Shown here: in pieces, positions 1 through 8,699 of the stretch
Position numbering within the stretch: the stretch's first letter is position 1
Layout of the letters: every line of letters begins with the position of its first letter
Translations under genes and position numbers: made by a program
NCBI GenBank assembly: GCA_963760755.1
Contig: CAVXEE010000004.1
Coordinates: 141,555 to 205,554 of the forward strand
DNA length: 64,000 nt
Reading direction: 5' to 3'
Source: an uncultured Actinomycetes bacterium
GTDB lineage: Bacteria > Actinomycetota > Thermoleophilia > Gaiellales > JAICJC01
The notes under the pieces: model-generated
Told to the model about the DNA's origin: nothing
Databases searched by the model: none
Seen by the model: only the letters and a program-made list of their open reading frames with translations

Positions 1-1
1 G

Positions 2-178
2 CTCGAGCAGCGGCTTGCCGGCGGTTGGTTCCGGCCGCGGGTGATCGTCGCCCACACGGTGAAGGGCTACGGCGTGCCCGTGCTCGAGGGCCAGTTCATG
101 TCGCACTACCGGTCGTTTCGGCCGCACGAGCGCGACCTGCTCTTCGCCGGGCTCGACGAGCGGGAGGTGGCGGCGTGA
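2..178 (+). CDS. transketolase N-terminal (TPP-binding) subunit, 3' end only
   Basis: My frame-2 translation reads ...RPRVIVAHTVKGYGVPVLEGQFMSHYRSF... and ends at TGA 176-178. This overlaps GTG 175 of the next gene (GTGA). The gene is 5'-truncated by the window edge, so it is not on the ORF track. Confidence 0.7.
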   Translation, partial: LEQRLAGGWFRPRVIVAHTVKGYGVPVLEGQFMSHYRSFRPHERDLLFAGLDEREVAA

Positions 179-1116
179 GGGACGCGTTCTTCCGGGCGCT
201 CACCGAGCTCGGCGCGGCCGACGAGCGCGTGTGGGCGCTCACCGGCGACCTCGGGGTGGGGCTGTTCGAGCCGTTCGAGGCCGTTGCGCCCGGGCGCTAC
301 CTGAACGTCGGCATCGCCGAGCAGACGCTGGTCGGCGTCGCCGCCGGGCTCGCCTACGCGGGCAAGGTGCCGTTCGCCTACTCGATCGCCCCGTTCATCA
401 CGTCGCGGCCGCACGACCAGGTGCGCGTCGACGTCGCCTGCGCCGAGGCCAACGTGAAGCTCGTCGGCGTCGGCAGCGGCGTCTCCTACGGCACGCTCGG
501 GCCGACCCACCACGCGATCGACGATCTCGCGCTGATGCGGGTGCTGCCGGGCATGACCGTCATCGCGCCGGGCGACCCGGCCGAGGCCGGACGCGCGGTG
601 CGCGCCGCCGCGGCACACGAGGGGCCGGTGTACCTGCGGCTGGGCAAGAACAACGAGCCCGCCCTGCTGCCCGCCGACGCCGCGTTTGCGATCGGCCGCG
701 CGCTCGAGCTGCGCAGCGGCGGCGACGTCACCATCGCCGCCACGGGAACCGCGCTGCGCGAGGCGAGCGCCGCCGCCGATCTGCTCGCCGCCGACGGGAT
801 CGCCGCCACGCTGCTGCACTTCGGCACCGTGAAGCCCTTCGACGCCGCCGCGCTGGTCGCAGCCGCGGCCCGCACCGGCGCCGTCGTCACCGTCGAGGAG
901 CACTCGATCGTGGCCGGCTTCGGCTCGGCCGCCGCAGAGGCGCTGGCCGAGGCCGGCGTGGGCGCCGTGCTGCGCCGCGTCGGCTTCCCGGACACATTCG
1001 CGCATGCGGTCGGCTCGCGCGACCACCTGGTCGGCCGGTACGGCGCCTCCGCAGGCGCCGTCGCCGCGACGGCCCGCGAGCTGCTCGAGGGGAGGGCGGC
1101 ATGCGCGACGACGTGA
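175..1116 (+). CDS. transketolase C-terminal (pyrimidine-binding) subunit
   Basis: Lies inside ORF 25..1116. Motifs YLNVGIAEQTLVGVAAGLA and GPTHHAIDDLALMRVLPGM are present. Start set at GTG 175 because it is coupled to the upstream stop. Confidence 0.85.
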   Translation: MRDAFFRALTELGAADERVWALTGDLGVGLFEPFEAVAPGRYLNVGIAEQTLVGVAAGLAYAGKVPFAYSIAPFITSRPHDQVRVDVACAEANVKLVGVGSGVSYGTLGPTHHAIDDLALMRVLPGMTVIAPGDPAEAGRAVRAAAAHEGPVYLRLGKNNEPALLPADAAFAIGRALELRSGGDVTIAATGTALREASAAADLLAADGIAATLLHFGTVKPFDAAALVAAAARTGAVVTVEEHSIVAGFGSAAAEALAEAGVGAVLRRVGFPDTFAHAVGSRDHLVGRYGASAGAVAATARELLEGRAACATT

Positions 1117-2912
1117 GCCGCCGGGACGAGGTCTTCCGCGCGGCCGTGCGCGACGAGCTCGCGTTCATGAAGGCTGCGGCGACGCTCGAGGAGCTCGTCG
1201 CCCGCTCGGTGCCGCTGGCGGGCGGCGCGGGGATGCTCGTGCCGGTGTGCGCGCTGCACGCCGGGGACGAGCGCCTGATCGGCACGCTGGCACGCTGGCG
1301 CGAGGAGAACGCCTTCGCGTTTCCGACCCAGTTTCCGGTCACGCATGGCGGCACGGCGACATGGCTGCGGCGCGGCGTGCTGGACGTGCCCGACCGGATC
1401 CTGTTCCTCGTCCAGGATCGCTTCGGCCACACCGTCGGCCATCTCGGCTTCGCCGCGGCGGCAGGCGCCGGCCGCTCGCTCGAGGTCGACAACGTCGTGC
1501 GCGGCGAGCAGGCCGTGCAGCCGGGCCTGATGGGCGCGGCGCTCACGGGTCTGCTGGCCTGGGGCGAGGAGTGCTTCCGGCCCGCGCGCATCCATCTGCG
1601 CGTGTTCGCGGACAACGCGCACGCGATCGGCTTCTACCGCAGGCTCGGGTTCCGCGACGGCGACCGCACGCCGCTTCGGCGCGAGGTCGATGGCGAGACT
1701 GTCCGGTACGTCCCCGCCGCCGGCGGCACCGCCGACCGCTGGTTCCTCGGCATGGAGTGGGAGCCCGGGCGGCGCGCTGACCACGGCGAGCCGATCCTGA
1801 CCGCCGGGCCGTCGATCTCGCCGCGCGAGGTCGCCTATGCCACCGACGCCGCCCGGCACGGCTGGAACCGGCGCTGGAGCGGATACATCACGCGGCTCGA
1901 GCGCGAGTTCGCCGAGTACGTCGGCGCGGACCACGCGATCGCCACCTCGAGCTGCACCGGCGCCCTGCACCTGGCCATGGTCGCGCTCGGCATCGGCCCG
2001 GGCGACGAGGTGATCGTGCCCGAGCAGACCTGGGTCGCCACCGCCAAGGCGGTCTCCTACACCGGTGCGACGCCCGTCTTCGCCGACGTCGAGCCCGTCA
2101 GCTGGTGCCTGGACGCGGAGTCGGCCGAGTCCGCGATCACCGCGCGCACGAAGGCGATCGTGCCCGTCCACCTCTACGGCCACCCGGCCGACATGGACGC
2201 CCTGCGGGCCGTCGCGGACCGCCACGGGCTGCCGCTGGTCGAGGACGCCGCCCCGGCGATCGGCGCCGAGCTGCGCGGCCGCCGCGTCGGCGCGCTCGGC
2301 ACCGCGGGCGCCTTCAGCTTCCAGGGCGCGAAGCTGCTCGTCACGGGCGAGGGCGGCATGCTGGTCACGAACGACCCCGACGTGTACGCCCGCGCCTACA
2401 AGGCCTGGGATCTCGGCGTCGAGCGCTCGAAGGGCTTCTGGATCGACGCCCACGGCCTCAAGTACAAGCTGCCGAACGTCGCCGCTGCGATCGGGCTCGG
2501 CCAGCTCGAGCGCGTCGACCACCTGATCGAGGCCAAGCGCGAGATCTTCGCCTGGTACGCCGAGGAGCTCGATGGCGTCGCGGGCATCACGCTGAACCAC
2601 GAGGCCGAGTGGGCGCGCAGCATCTACTGGATGACGAGCATCCTCGTCGACCCGGCCTGCGGGATCGACCGCGAGGGCATGCGCGCCGCGCTGGCCGCTG
2701 CGGGGATCGACACCCGGCCGACGTTCCCGCTGATCAGCACCTACCCGATCTGGGACGAGCGCCGCGCTGTGCCCGCGCCGGTGGCGCGGACGATCGGCGA
2801 CCGTGGCATCAACCTCCCGACCGGCGTGCGCCTGCGCCGCGACCAGGTGGCCCGGATCGGCGCCGAGATCCGTCGCGTCGTGGCCGCCGCGGCGCTCGGC
2901 AAGGCCGCGTAG
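1101..2912 (+). CDS. bifunctional GNAT N-acetyltransferase / DegT-DnrJ-EryC1-StrS family sugar aminotransferase (single ORF)
   Basis: Distal part of ORF 231..2912, starting at ATG 1101 (MRDDVS...). The N-terminal ~200 aa look GNAT/RimJ-like (HLRVFADNAHAIGFYRRLGF). The C-terminal part looks like a PLP sugar aminotransferase (ATSSCTGALHLAMVALGIGPGDEVIVP, FSFQGAKLL). No stop separates the two domains. Confidence 0.8.
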   Translation: MRDDVSRRDEVFRAAVRDELAFMKAAATLEELVARSVPLAGGAGMLVPVCALHAGDERLIGTLARWREENAFAFPTQFPVTHGGTATWLRRGVLDVPDRILFLVQDRFGHTVGHLGFAAAAGAGRSLEVDNVVRGEQAVQPGLMGAALTGLLAWGEECFRPARIHLRVFADNAHAIGFYRRLGFRDGDRTPLRREVDGETVRYVPAAGGTADRWFLGMEWEPGRRADHGEPILTAGPSISPREVAYATDAARHGWNRRWSGYITRLEREFAEYVGADHAIATSSCTGALHLAMVALGIGPGDEVIVPEQTWVATAKAVSYTGATPVFADVEPVSWCLDAESAESAITARTKAIVPVHLYGHPADMDALRAVADRHGLPLVEDAAPAIGAELRGRRVGALGTAGAFSFQGAKLLVTGEGGMLVTNDPDVYARAYKAWDLGVERSKGFWIDAHGLKYKLPNVAAAIGLGQLERVDHLIEAKREIFAWYAEELDGVAGITLNHEAEWARSIYWMTSILVDPACGIDREGMRAALAAAGIDTRPTFPLISTYPIWDERRAVPAPVARTIGDRGINLPTGVRLRRDQVARIGAEIRRVVAAAALGKAA

Positions 2913-2935
2913 CCCGCAGGCGCCGGCCGGATCGA

Positions 2936-4261
2936 TCAGGCCGCGCGGGCGGCGGCGCCGGCCCGGAACGCCGCGAAGGTCTCGGCGACGTACTCGAGGG
3001 CGGCGCGGTCGAGGCCGGGGTAGCAGCCGATCCAGAACGAGCGCTCGGCGATCAGGTCGGTCGTCTCGAGGCCGCCGGCGACGCGGTGGGTGACGCCCGC
3101 GTAGGCCGGCTGGCGCAGCAGGTTCCCGCCCATCAGCTGGCGCGAGTCGATCCCGCGCGCGTGCAGGTAGGTCACCAGGTCGCGGCGCGTGAAGCCGGCG
3201 TCAGGGCGCACCGTGACCGTGAACCCGAACCAGCACGGCTCGGCGCCGGGCGTCGGCTCGGGGAGCACGAGCACGTCGGCGTGGGGGGCGAGCGCCTCGC
3301 GCAGGAAGGCGTGGTGTGCGCGCCGCGCCGCGACGAACGACTCCAGCCGGTCGAGCTGGGCGAGGCCGATCGCGGCCTGCATGTCGGTCGCCTTCAGGTT
3401 GTAGCCGAGGTGCGAGTAGACGTACTTGTGGTCGGAGCCGAAGGGCAGCGAGCCGTGCTGGCACGAGAACCGCTGTCCGCACGTGTTCTCGGCGCCCGGC
3501 TCGCACCAGCAGTCGCGGCCCCAGTCGCGGAACGACTCGACGACCTTCTTCAGCAGCGGCCGGTCGGTGAGGACGGCGCCGCCCTCGCCGAGGGTGATCT
3601 GGTGGGCGGGGTAGAACGAGAGCGTGGCGAGGTCGCCGAACGTGCCGACGCTGCGGCCGCGCCAGGTCGAGCCGAGCGCGTCGCAGCAGTCCTCTACCAG
3701 CCACAGGCCGTGACGCGTGCAGAACGCCGCGACGGCGTCGAGATCGAACGGGTTGCCGAGCGTGTGGGCGACCATGACCGCCCGCGTGCGGTCGCTGCGG
3801 GCCGCCTCGAGCCGGGTCACGTCGATGTTGTACTCCGGCAGCGTGACGTCGACGAACACGGGCACGAGGCCGTTCTGGATGATCGGGTTCACGGTCGTCG
3901 GGAAGCCCGCCGCGACCGTGATCACCTCGTCTCCGGGGACCAGTCGGCGGTCGCGCAGGCGCGGCGAGGTCAGGGCCGTCAGCGCGAGCAGGTTGGCGGA
4001 TGAGCCGGAGTTGACGAGCAAGGCGTGGCGGTGGCCGGTGACGGCGCGCAGGCGGCGTTCGAACGCCGCCGCCTCGGGGCCGTGGGTGAGCCAGAAGTCC
4101 AGGCTCGAGCGGACGAGCTCGACGACCTCCTCGGCGCCGAAGACGCGTCCCGAGCACGGCACCCGCGGTGCCGTCGGGTCGAAGGGCTGCGGCGCATGGC
4201 GGTCGCGCGCGTACTCGGCGACCAGCTCGAGGATGCGGGTCGTGCGGGGGTCCTGCGTCAT
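2936..4261 (-). CDS. rfbH: RfbH/DdhC-type PMP-dependent sugar 3-dehydrase (lipopolysaccharide biosynthesis protein RfbH family)
   Basis: Inside ORF 2936..5023. ATG located at 4259-4261 (MTQDPRTT...), giving 441 aa. The sequence aligns end to end in my reading with the RfbH family ([51 protein letters not shown]). Confidence 0.85.
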   Translation of the reverse strand: MTQDPRTTRILELVAEYARDRHAPQPFDPTAPRVPCSGRVFGAEEVVELVRSSLDFWLTHGPEAAAFERRLRAVTGHRHALLVNSGSSANLLALTALTSPRLRDRRLVPGDEVITVAAGFPTTVNPIIQNGLVPVFVDVTLPEYNIDVTRLEAARSDRTRAVMVAHTLGNPFDLDAVAAFCTRHGLWLVEDCCDALGSTWRGRSVGTFGDLATLSFYPAHQITLGEGGAVLTDRPLLKKVVESFRDWGRDCWCEPGAENTCGQRFSCQHGSLPFGSDHKYVYSHLGYNLKATDMQAAIGLAQLDRLESFVAARRAHHAFLREALAPHADVLVLPEPTPGAEPCWFGFTVTVRPDAGFTRRDLVTYLHARGIDSRQLMGGNLLRQPAYAGVTHRVAGGLETTDLIAERSFWIGCYPGLDRAALEYVAETFAAFRAGAAARAA

Positions 4262-4423
4262 CTCGACGGCGTATCGGCATCTCGAAAGGGTGACTTGAGC
4301 ATGCCCCCGAAGCAGGACACCCTGTGGTAGGCCCGCGCCCCCGGGCGGGTGATGCCGGCACTTCACCGGATACCGATACACCAGCCGGAGGCGGCACTCC
4401 CGAAATCCCGGAAAGGGGTCACC

Positions 4424-4588
4424 ATGATCGAGCGTCTCCTGCACCACGGATCGTCCGACGAGTCCGGCCAGACCATGGCGGAGTACGCCGTCGTCCTGGG
4501 TGTCATCACCATCGCGGTCGTGATCACGCTCGGCCTGCTCAGCACGGCCATCTCGAGCACGCTCTCGAACGTGATCAGCTCGCTCTAG
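4424..4588 (+). CDS. flp: Flp/Fap family type IVb prepilin
   Basis: ATG 4424 is preceded by GAAAGGGG. The 54-aa product carries the canonical [22 protein letters not shown] motif (G/XXXXEY) followed by a hydrophobic helix. Confidence 0.8.
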   Translation: MIERLLHHGSSDESGQTMAEYAVVLGVITIAVVITLGLLSTAISSTLSNVISSL

Positions 4589-4692
4589 CGAGGAAGCTTG
4601 ACTGGCCCGCGTGCCGGTCGTATCGTCGCCGGGCTTTGGCGGACGGCGAGCGGACGGCACCAGGTGGCGACGATCCCGGCGACGCCGGGCAG

Positions 4693-5052
4693 GTGATCCG
4701 CGCCTTCGTCGAGGGCGACGTCGCGCGCCTCGGCCCCGCCCTTCACCCCGATGTCGAGGTGCGCCTCTCGGCGTTCGTCGAGTCGGCCCTGCGGCTGCAC
4801 GGACGCGAGGCGGTGCTGCGCTGGTACCGGCGCACGGCCGGGTCGCATCGCGCCTACCTGCACCGGGTGCAGGAGGCGGCGCCGGCGGTATGGCTCGCGT
4901 TCGGGCGGATGCAGCTGTCGGAGCCGGCCCGCGGCATGCGCGACTACCAGGTGGTGTGGATGGTGGCGCTGCGGGACGGGATGGTGTGGCGGGCGAGCTC
5001 GCACGAGACCGAGGCGCAGGCACGCGCCGCGGCGGGCGCGCCGCGGCCCTGA
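4693..5052 (+). CDS. small NTF2/SnoaL-like fold protein (hypothetical)
   Basis: Distal part of ORF 4324..5052, starting at in-frame GTG 4693. Third codon positions are almost all G/C. The sequence pattern [12 protein letters not shown]...HPDVEV...[11 protein letters not shown] suggests an NTF2-like fold. The start is uncertain. Confidence 0.5.
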   Translation: MIRAFVEGDVARLGPALHPDVEVRLSAFVESALRLHGREAVLRWYRRTAGSHRAYLHRVQEAAPAVWLAFGRMQLSEPARGMRDYQVVWMVALRDGMVWRASSHETEAQARAAAGAPRP

Positions 5053-5059
5053 CGCGGTC

Positions 5060-6001
5060 TCAGGCCCGCCCGCGGGTGCGGTCGAGCTCGGCGTCGATCG
5101 CCGCGCCGAGGAGCAGCGCGAGGCTCGAGAGCCAGAGCCAGGTCAGCATCACGATGACCGTGGCGAGCGAGCCCCACGTCTTGTTGTACGAGCCGAAGTT
5201 CGAGACGTACCAGGCAAACCCGCCGGACGCCGCCAGCCAGACGACGAGCGCGGTGACGGCGCCGGGCGTCACCAGGCGCCAGCCCGGGCGGTCGAGGTCG
5301 GGGCCGAAGCGGTAGACGCCGGCGAAGGCGATCAGAAGCGCCGCCACGAGCACGGGCCACTCTGCCACCCACCACACCCACGAGACGGCCGTGCGCTGGT
5401 TGAGCGCCGATCCCACCCAGCCGCTCGCCTGCGGCCCGAGCACGAGCAGGCCGAACGCGAGCAGGAACGCGACGAGGACGCAGACGAGCATGGCGATCGC
5501 GGCGAGGCGGGTGCGGACGAAGCCGCGCCGCTCGGTGCGGTCGAAGGCGATGTTGAGCGCCCACATGAGCGTCTTCATCGCGCCGGTCAGCGACCATATG
5601 GCGACCACGGCGCCGACGACGATCATGGCCGTCCCGCCGGCGTGGTGGTGCGCGACCTGCGTCAGGCTCTTGTTGAGGAGCGTGATGACGCTCGCGGGCA
5701 GGATCGTGTCGAGGTGCTTCAGCAGGCGCCCGGCGGTGCCTTCGTTCGCCACGCTCGCGAACACGCCGACGGCGACGAGCGCGGCGGCCGGGATGCTCAG
5801 AAACAGGTTGAATGCGACGGCCTGGGCCAGGTTCGTGGCGTGGTCGTCACGCGCCCGGCGCCCGGCGCGGAGCAGCACACCGCCGGTGTCGCGGGCCCGC
5901 AGGCGCCGCTCGGGTTGCGGCGGCGTCACGACCCCGGTGTCACCGAGCTCCGCGTCCGTAGGTGGCCCGCTCACCTCGTGCGGGTGGGTACGGATCGGCA
6001 T
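5060..6001 (-). CDS. YihY/BrkB (virulence factor BrkB / RNase BN-like) family membrane protein
   Basis: ORF 5060..6001. Polytopic protein with family-typical segments (AFNLFLSIPAALV, YRFGP, GSYNKTWGSLATVIVMLTWLWLS). Confidence 0.8.
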   Translation of the reverse strand: MPIRTHPHEVSGPPTDAELGDTGVVTPPQPERRLRARDTGGVLLRAGRRARDDHATNLAQAVAFNLFLSIPAAALVAVGVFASVANEGTAGRLLKHLDTILPASVITLLNKSLTQVAHHHAGGTAMIVVGAVVAIWSLTGAMKTLMWALNIAFDRTERRGFVRTRLAAIAMLVCVLVAFLLAFGLLVLGPQASGWVGSALNQRTAVSWVWWVAEWPVLVAALLIAFAGVYRFGPDLDRPGWRLVTPGAVTALVVWLAASGGFAWYVSNFGSYNKTWGSLATVIVMLTWLWLSSLALLLGAAIDAELDRTRGRA

Positions 6002-6117
6002 ACCTCAGACACCTTAGCCGCTGCTACGGCGTTCCGGGGAATGCGGGTCCCCCAAGGAGTAAGGGTTCTGTTGGCATGGGTTGCTGATGCAGGTTGGTGC
6101 CGCTAGGTTGGCCCCCA

Positions 6118-6702
6118 ATGAGACGCTCACTTGTCATTTCAATCACGTTGCTCCTGTCACTTCCGGCCACCGCTCGGGCCACCGCCGTCGACGTTGCGCC
6201 GCACGTTGGTCGTACCCCGATCGCCGCCGACACAATCGCCGCCGCCGCCGTGCGCGATGCGATGCGCCTGCGCGGCGTGCCGTACGTCTGGAGCGGCAGC
6301 ACCCCGGCCGGGTTCGACTGCTCCGGGTTCACGAGCTACGTCTACGGGAAGCTCGGGATCCATCTGGCGCACTCGAGCTACGCGCAGTGGACGTCCGGGC
6401 CGCGCGTGCCGCGGCGTGACCTCCGTCCCGGCGACCTGGTGTTCTTCGCCGGCCTGGGCCATGTCGGCATCTACATCGGCGGCAACCGGTTCATCCACGC
6501 GCCCCACACCGGCACGGTCGTGTCGGTCAACCGCCTCTCCGACGGCTGGTACGGAGGCGACTACGACGGCGCCGTGCGGCCGCGAGGCTCGGGTGCGGCG
6601 CTGGCTACCATGGGTGAGTGGCGCTCCCGCTCGATCAGACGACTCCGTTCGGAGCACGCGCTGCGCGTCGTCTCGCGCGTGACCTCATCGGCTGGCTGGT
6701 AA
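6118..6702 (+). CDS. secreted NlpC/P60 (C40) peptidoglycan endopeptidase
   Basis: ORF 6094..6702. ATG 6118 gives the signal peptide MRRSLVISITLLLSLPATARA. Catalytic motifs are VPYVWSGSTPAGFDCSGF and HVGIYIGGNRFIHAP. The last ~40 aa are Arg/Ser-rich and overlap the next gene. Confidence 0.8.
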   Translation: MRRSLVISITLLLSLPATARATAVDVAPHVGRTPIAADTIAAAAVRDAMRLRGVPYVWSGSTPAGFDCSGFTSYVYGKLGIHLAHSSYAQWTSGPRVPRRDLRPGDLVFFAGLGHVGIYIGGNRFIHAPHTGTVVSVNRLSDGWYGGDYDGAVRPRGSGAALATMGEWRSRSIRRLRSEHALRVVSRVTSSAGW

Positions 6703-7040
6703 CGGTGAACGGCGCCGGCGCGCCGGCGCCGGTTCCGGTCTGGTTCCTGCTCGACGGCGACTCGTTCCTGGTCTACAGCCGCCCGGACACGCCCAAGCTG
6801 CGCAACATCGCCGCGAACCCGCGCGTGGCGCTGCACCTGAACGACGACGGCCGCGGCGGCGACGTGATCACCGTTGCGGGGCGCGCCCACCGAAGCGCCG
6901 ACCCGCCCGCCCACCTGGTGCCCACCTACGTCGAGAAGTACGCCGAGCTGATCGCCGGCAACGGGTGGACGCCGCAGTCGTTCGCCGCCGACTACTCGGT
7001 GCCGGTACGGATCGAGCCGCGCGCGATCCGCGGCCACTGA
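6618..7040 (+). CDS. pyridoxamine 5'-phosphate oxidase family protein (F420-dependent PPOX-class type)
   Basis: ORF 6618..7040, GTG start placed directly after an in-frame TGA. The N-terminus TPFGARAARRLARDLIGWLVTV...PVWFLLDGDSFLVYS is typical of the family. Confidence 0.7.
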   Translation: MALPLDQTTPFGARAARRLARDLIGWLVTVNGAGAPAPVPVWFLLDGDSFLVYSRPDTPKLRNIAANPRVALHLNDDGRGGDVITVAGRAHRSADPPAHLVPTYVEKYAELIAGNGWTPQSFAADYSVPVRIEPRAIRGH

Positions 7041-7175
7041 CGGTCGCGGCGCGGGCCGCCGAGGGTGGCCGCGAGCGGCGTGGTAGGGTCGACGCGCGCG
7101 AACGCCCGCTGGGTCGCCAACCGCTTCTCCTTCCTCCCGGGCGAAAGACCTTCAGAGGCGGGAGACGAGCGACAC

Positions 7176-7352
7176 ATGAACCGCCGCAACCTGCGCGACG
7201 CGTTCCTCATCCTGTTCGGCGTGATCTCGGTCGTCAACGGAGCGTTCGGCAACGGGCACGTGCTCATCGCCGTACTCGGGGCGGTGGCGCTCGCGATCGT
7301 CGCGTGGCAGCGGCTGCAGGCGCGCGCGGACAAGCGGCCTGCGGCCATGTGA
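7176..7352 (+). CDS. small membrane protein (hypothetical, 58 aa)
   Basis: Distal part of ORF 7065..7352. ATG 7176 follows GGGAGA. Two hydrophobic helices are predicted. Confidence 0.5.
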   Translation: MNRRNLRDAFLILFGVISVVNGAFGNGHVLIAVLGAVALAIVAWQRLQARADKRPAAM

Positions 7353-7392
7353 GAGGCGCCGCTGCCCACCGTTGTGCCCCCCAACGCCGAAA

Positions 7393-7410
7393 GGCCCGGA
7401 GTTCCGGGCC
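7393..7410. terminator. GC-rich hairpin between convergent small gene and tRNA-Glu
   Basis: GGCCCGGA gt TCCGGGCC is a perfect inverted repeat. It lies downstream of both the + gene ending at 7352 and the - strand tRNA. There is no clear U-tract. Confidence 0.5.
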
Positions 7411-7420
7411 CTTCGGGAGG

Positions 7421-7493
7421 TACCGCATACCGGATTCGAACCGGTGTTACCGCCGTGAGAGGGCGGCGTCCTAGGCCCCTAGACGAATGCGGC
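7421..7493 (-). tRNA. tRNA-Glu (anticodon CUC)
   Basis: The reverse complement is GCCGCATTCGTCTAGGGGCCTAGGACGCCGCCCTCTCACGGCGGTAACACCGGTTCGAATCCGGTATGCGGTA. The acceptor stem pairs, a GTTCGAATC T-loop is present, and the anticodon loop is CTCTCAC. It closely matches the E. coli tRNA-Glu scaffold. CCA is not encoded. Confidence 0.9.
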
Positions 7494-7522
7494 AGGGACC
7501 GGCGGCAAGTGTAGCAAGGCGG

Positions 7523-7921
7523 TCATTCCGGGCCCGGCGCGACGATGGCCTCGACCTCGATCTCGACCAGGAACTCGGGGCCGACGAGGCCGGCGATCCC
7601 GATCATCGTCGAGACGGGGCGGACGTCGGCGAAGAACTCGCCGTGCGCCCGGCCGACGTCGAACTGGTGCCGCTCGACGTCGACGACGTACATGCGCGTG
7701 CGCACGACGTCGGCGAGCGAGGCGTCGAGCGCCTCGAGCGCGGCTTGGATCCGGCGCAGCGAGGCCACCGCCTGAGCGTAGGCGCCCTCGGGCGGGCGCC
7801 CGTCGGGGCCGATGCCGAGCGTCCCCGACACGTGTACGACATCGCCGACCCGCACCGCCCGGTCATAGCCGATCCGGGCCTCGAACTCGGTGTTGCTGGA
7901 GTGGTGGCGGCGCTCGCTCAT
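7523..7921 (-). CDS. RidA/YjgF/TdcF endoribonuclease L-PSP family protein
   Basis: Distal 132 aa of ORF 7523..8701 (MSERRHH...VHVSGTLGIGPDG...EIEVEAIV). ATG at 7919-7921 overlaps the upstream stop (ATGA). Confidence 0.8.
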   Translation of the reverse strand: MSERRHHSSNTEFEARIGYDRAVRVGDVVHVSGTLGIGPDGRPPEGAYAQAVASLRRIQAALEALDASLADVVRTRMYVVDVERHQFDVGRAHGEFFADVRPVSTMIGIAGLVGPEFLVEIEVEAIVAPGPE

Positions 7922-8517
7922 GCCTTCGCGTCCACCCGCGCCTGCAGGGCGGCCTTGACGGCCGGCCAGTCGTCGTCGATGACGCTGTACCAGGCCGAGT
8001 CGCGCCGCTCGCCGTCGCGCACCAGCATGTGCTTGCGGAAGACGCCCTCGAAGGTGGCCGGGATGGCGGCCAGCGCCGCCCGCGAGCGCTCGTTGCGGGC
8101 GTCGGTCTTGAACTCGACCCGCAGGCACCCGAGCCGCTCGAACGCGTGAGTCAGCAGCAGCAGCTTCGCGTCGGTGTTCGCGCCGCTGCCCCAGGCCGCC
8201 GGCGTCACCCAGCTGTACCCGATCTCGAGGACGCGGTCGGTCGGCCGAAGCGCCAGATAGCGGCTGCTGCCGATCGGGCGGTCGTCGCCGCGGCGGACGA
8301 TGCAGAACGGCGCTTCGAGCCCGGCGTCGGCCGCCGCCAGGGCCTCGTCGAACCACTCGTGGAAGGCGTCGGGCTCCGTGGCCACGGTGCGCATGAAGCT
8401 CCACACGCGGTCGTCCGCGGCGGCCGTCCGCAGCCCCGGCTCGTGGTCGGCGCGCAGCGGCTCGAGGACGACGAGGCGTCCGGTCAGCTGCGGGCGCAGG
8501 TCGGCAAAGGTGTCCAC
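7918..8517 (-). CDS. GNAT family N-acetyltransferase (RimJ/RimL-like)
   Basis: ORF 7918..8517. Typical GNAT segments are present (LEIGYSWVTPAAWGSGANTDAKLLLLTHAFERLGCLRVEFKTDARNERS). Confidence 0.8.
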   Translation of the reverse strand: MDTFADLRPQLTGRLVVLEPLRADHEPGLRTAAADDRVWSFMRTVATEPDAFHEWFDEALAAADAGLEAPFCIVRRGDDRPIGSSRYLALRPTDRVLEIGYSWVTPAAWGSGANTDAKLLLLTHAFERLGCLRVEFKTDARNERSRAALAAIPATFEGVFRKHMLVRDGERRDSAWYSVIDDDWPAVKAALQARVDAKA

Positions 8518-8699
8518 GGCGGTGATCGTAGCCCGCCGCCCGGCGGCCGGTTCCGTAGTTTCCCAGGGCCCGAATCCGCGCGTGCACCGATGGCGGCGAC
8601 GGCGCGATTGCCGATCCTAAGGAGGATGTCGACCGCCGGCCACGAGGAGCTGATGGGCACCCGTACCGCAACCTGGAGCATCGATCGACGAGGGCCGTC

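Noticed and set aside
486-2600. 704-aa antisense ORF. Similar very long ORFs occur at 231..1100 (upstream part of 231..2912), 37548..40040, 44021..45715, 49843..52095, 50370..51917, 56396..59332 and 20181..20711.
   Set aside because: They are Arg/Pro/Gly/Ala-rich with no recognisable families. Each overlaps a gene with clear homology on the other strand or in another frame. These are the open-frame artefacts expected in very GC-rich DNA.
6002-6117. Possible ydaO-type (c-di-AMP) riboswitch upstream of the NlpC/P60 gene, a common arrangement in Actinobacteria. The GGGGAATGCGGGTCCCCCAAGGAG stretch caught my eye.
   Set aside because: Only ~116 nt are available. The conserved 3' elements I remember (ACCCGAAUCCGACAGCUAACCUCGUAAGC-like) are absent.
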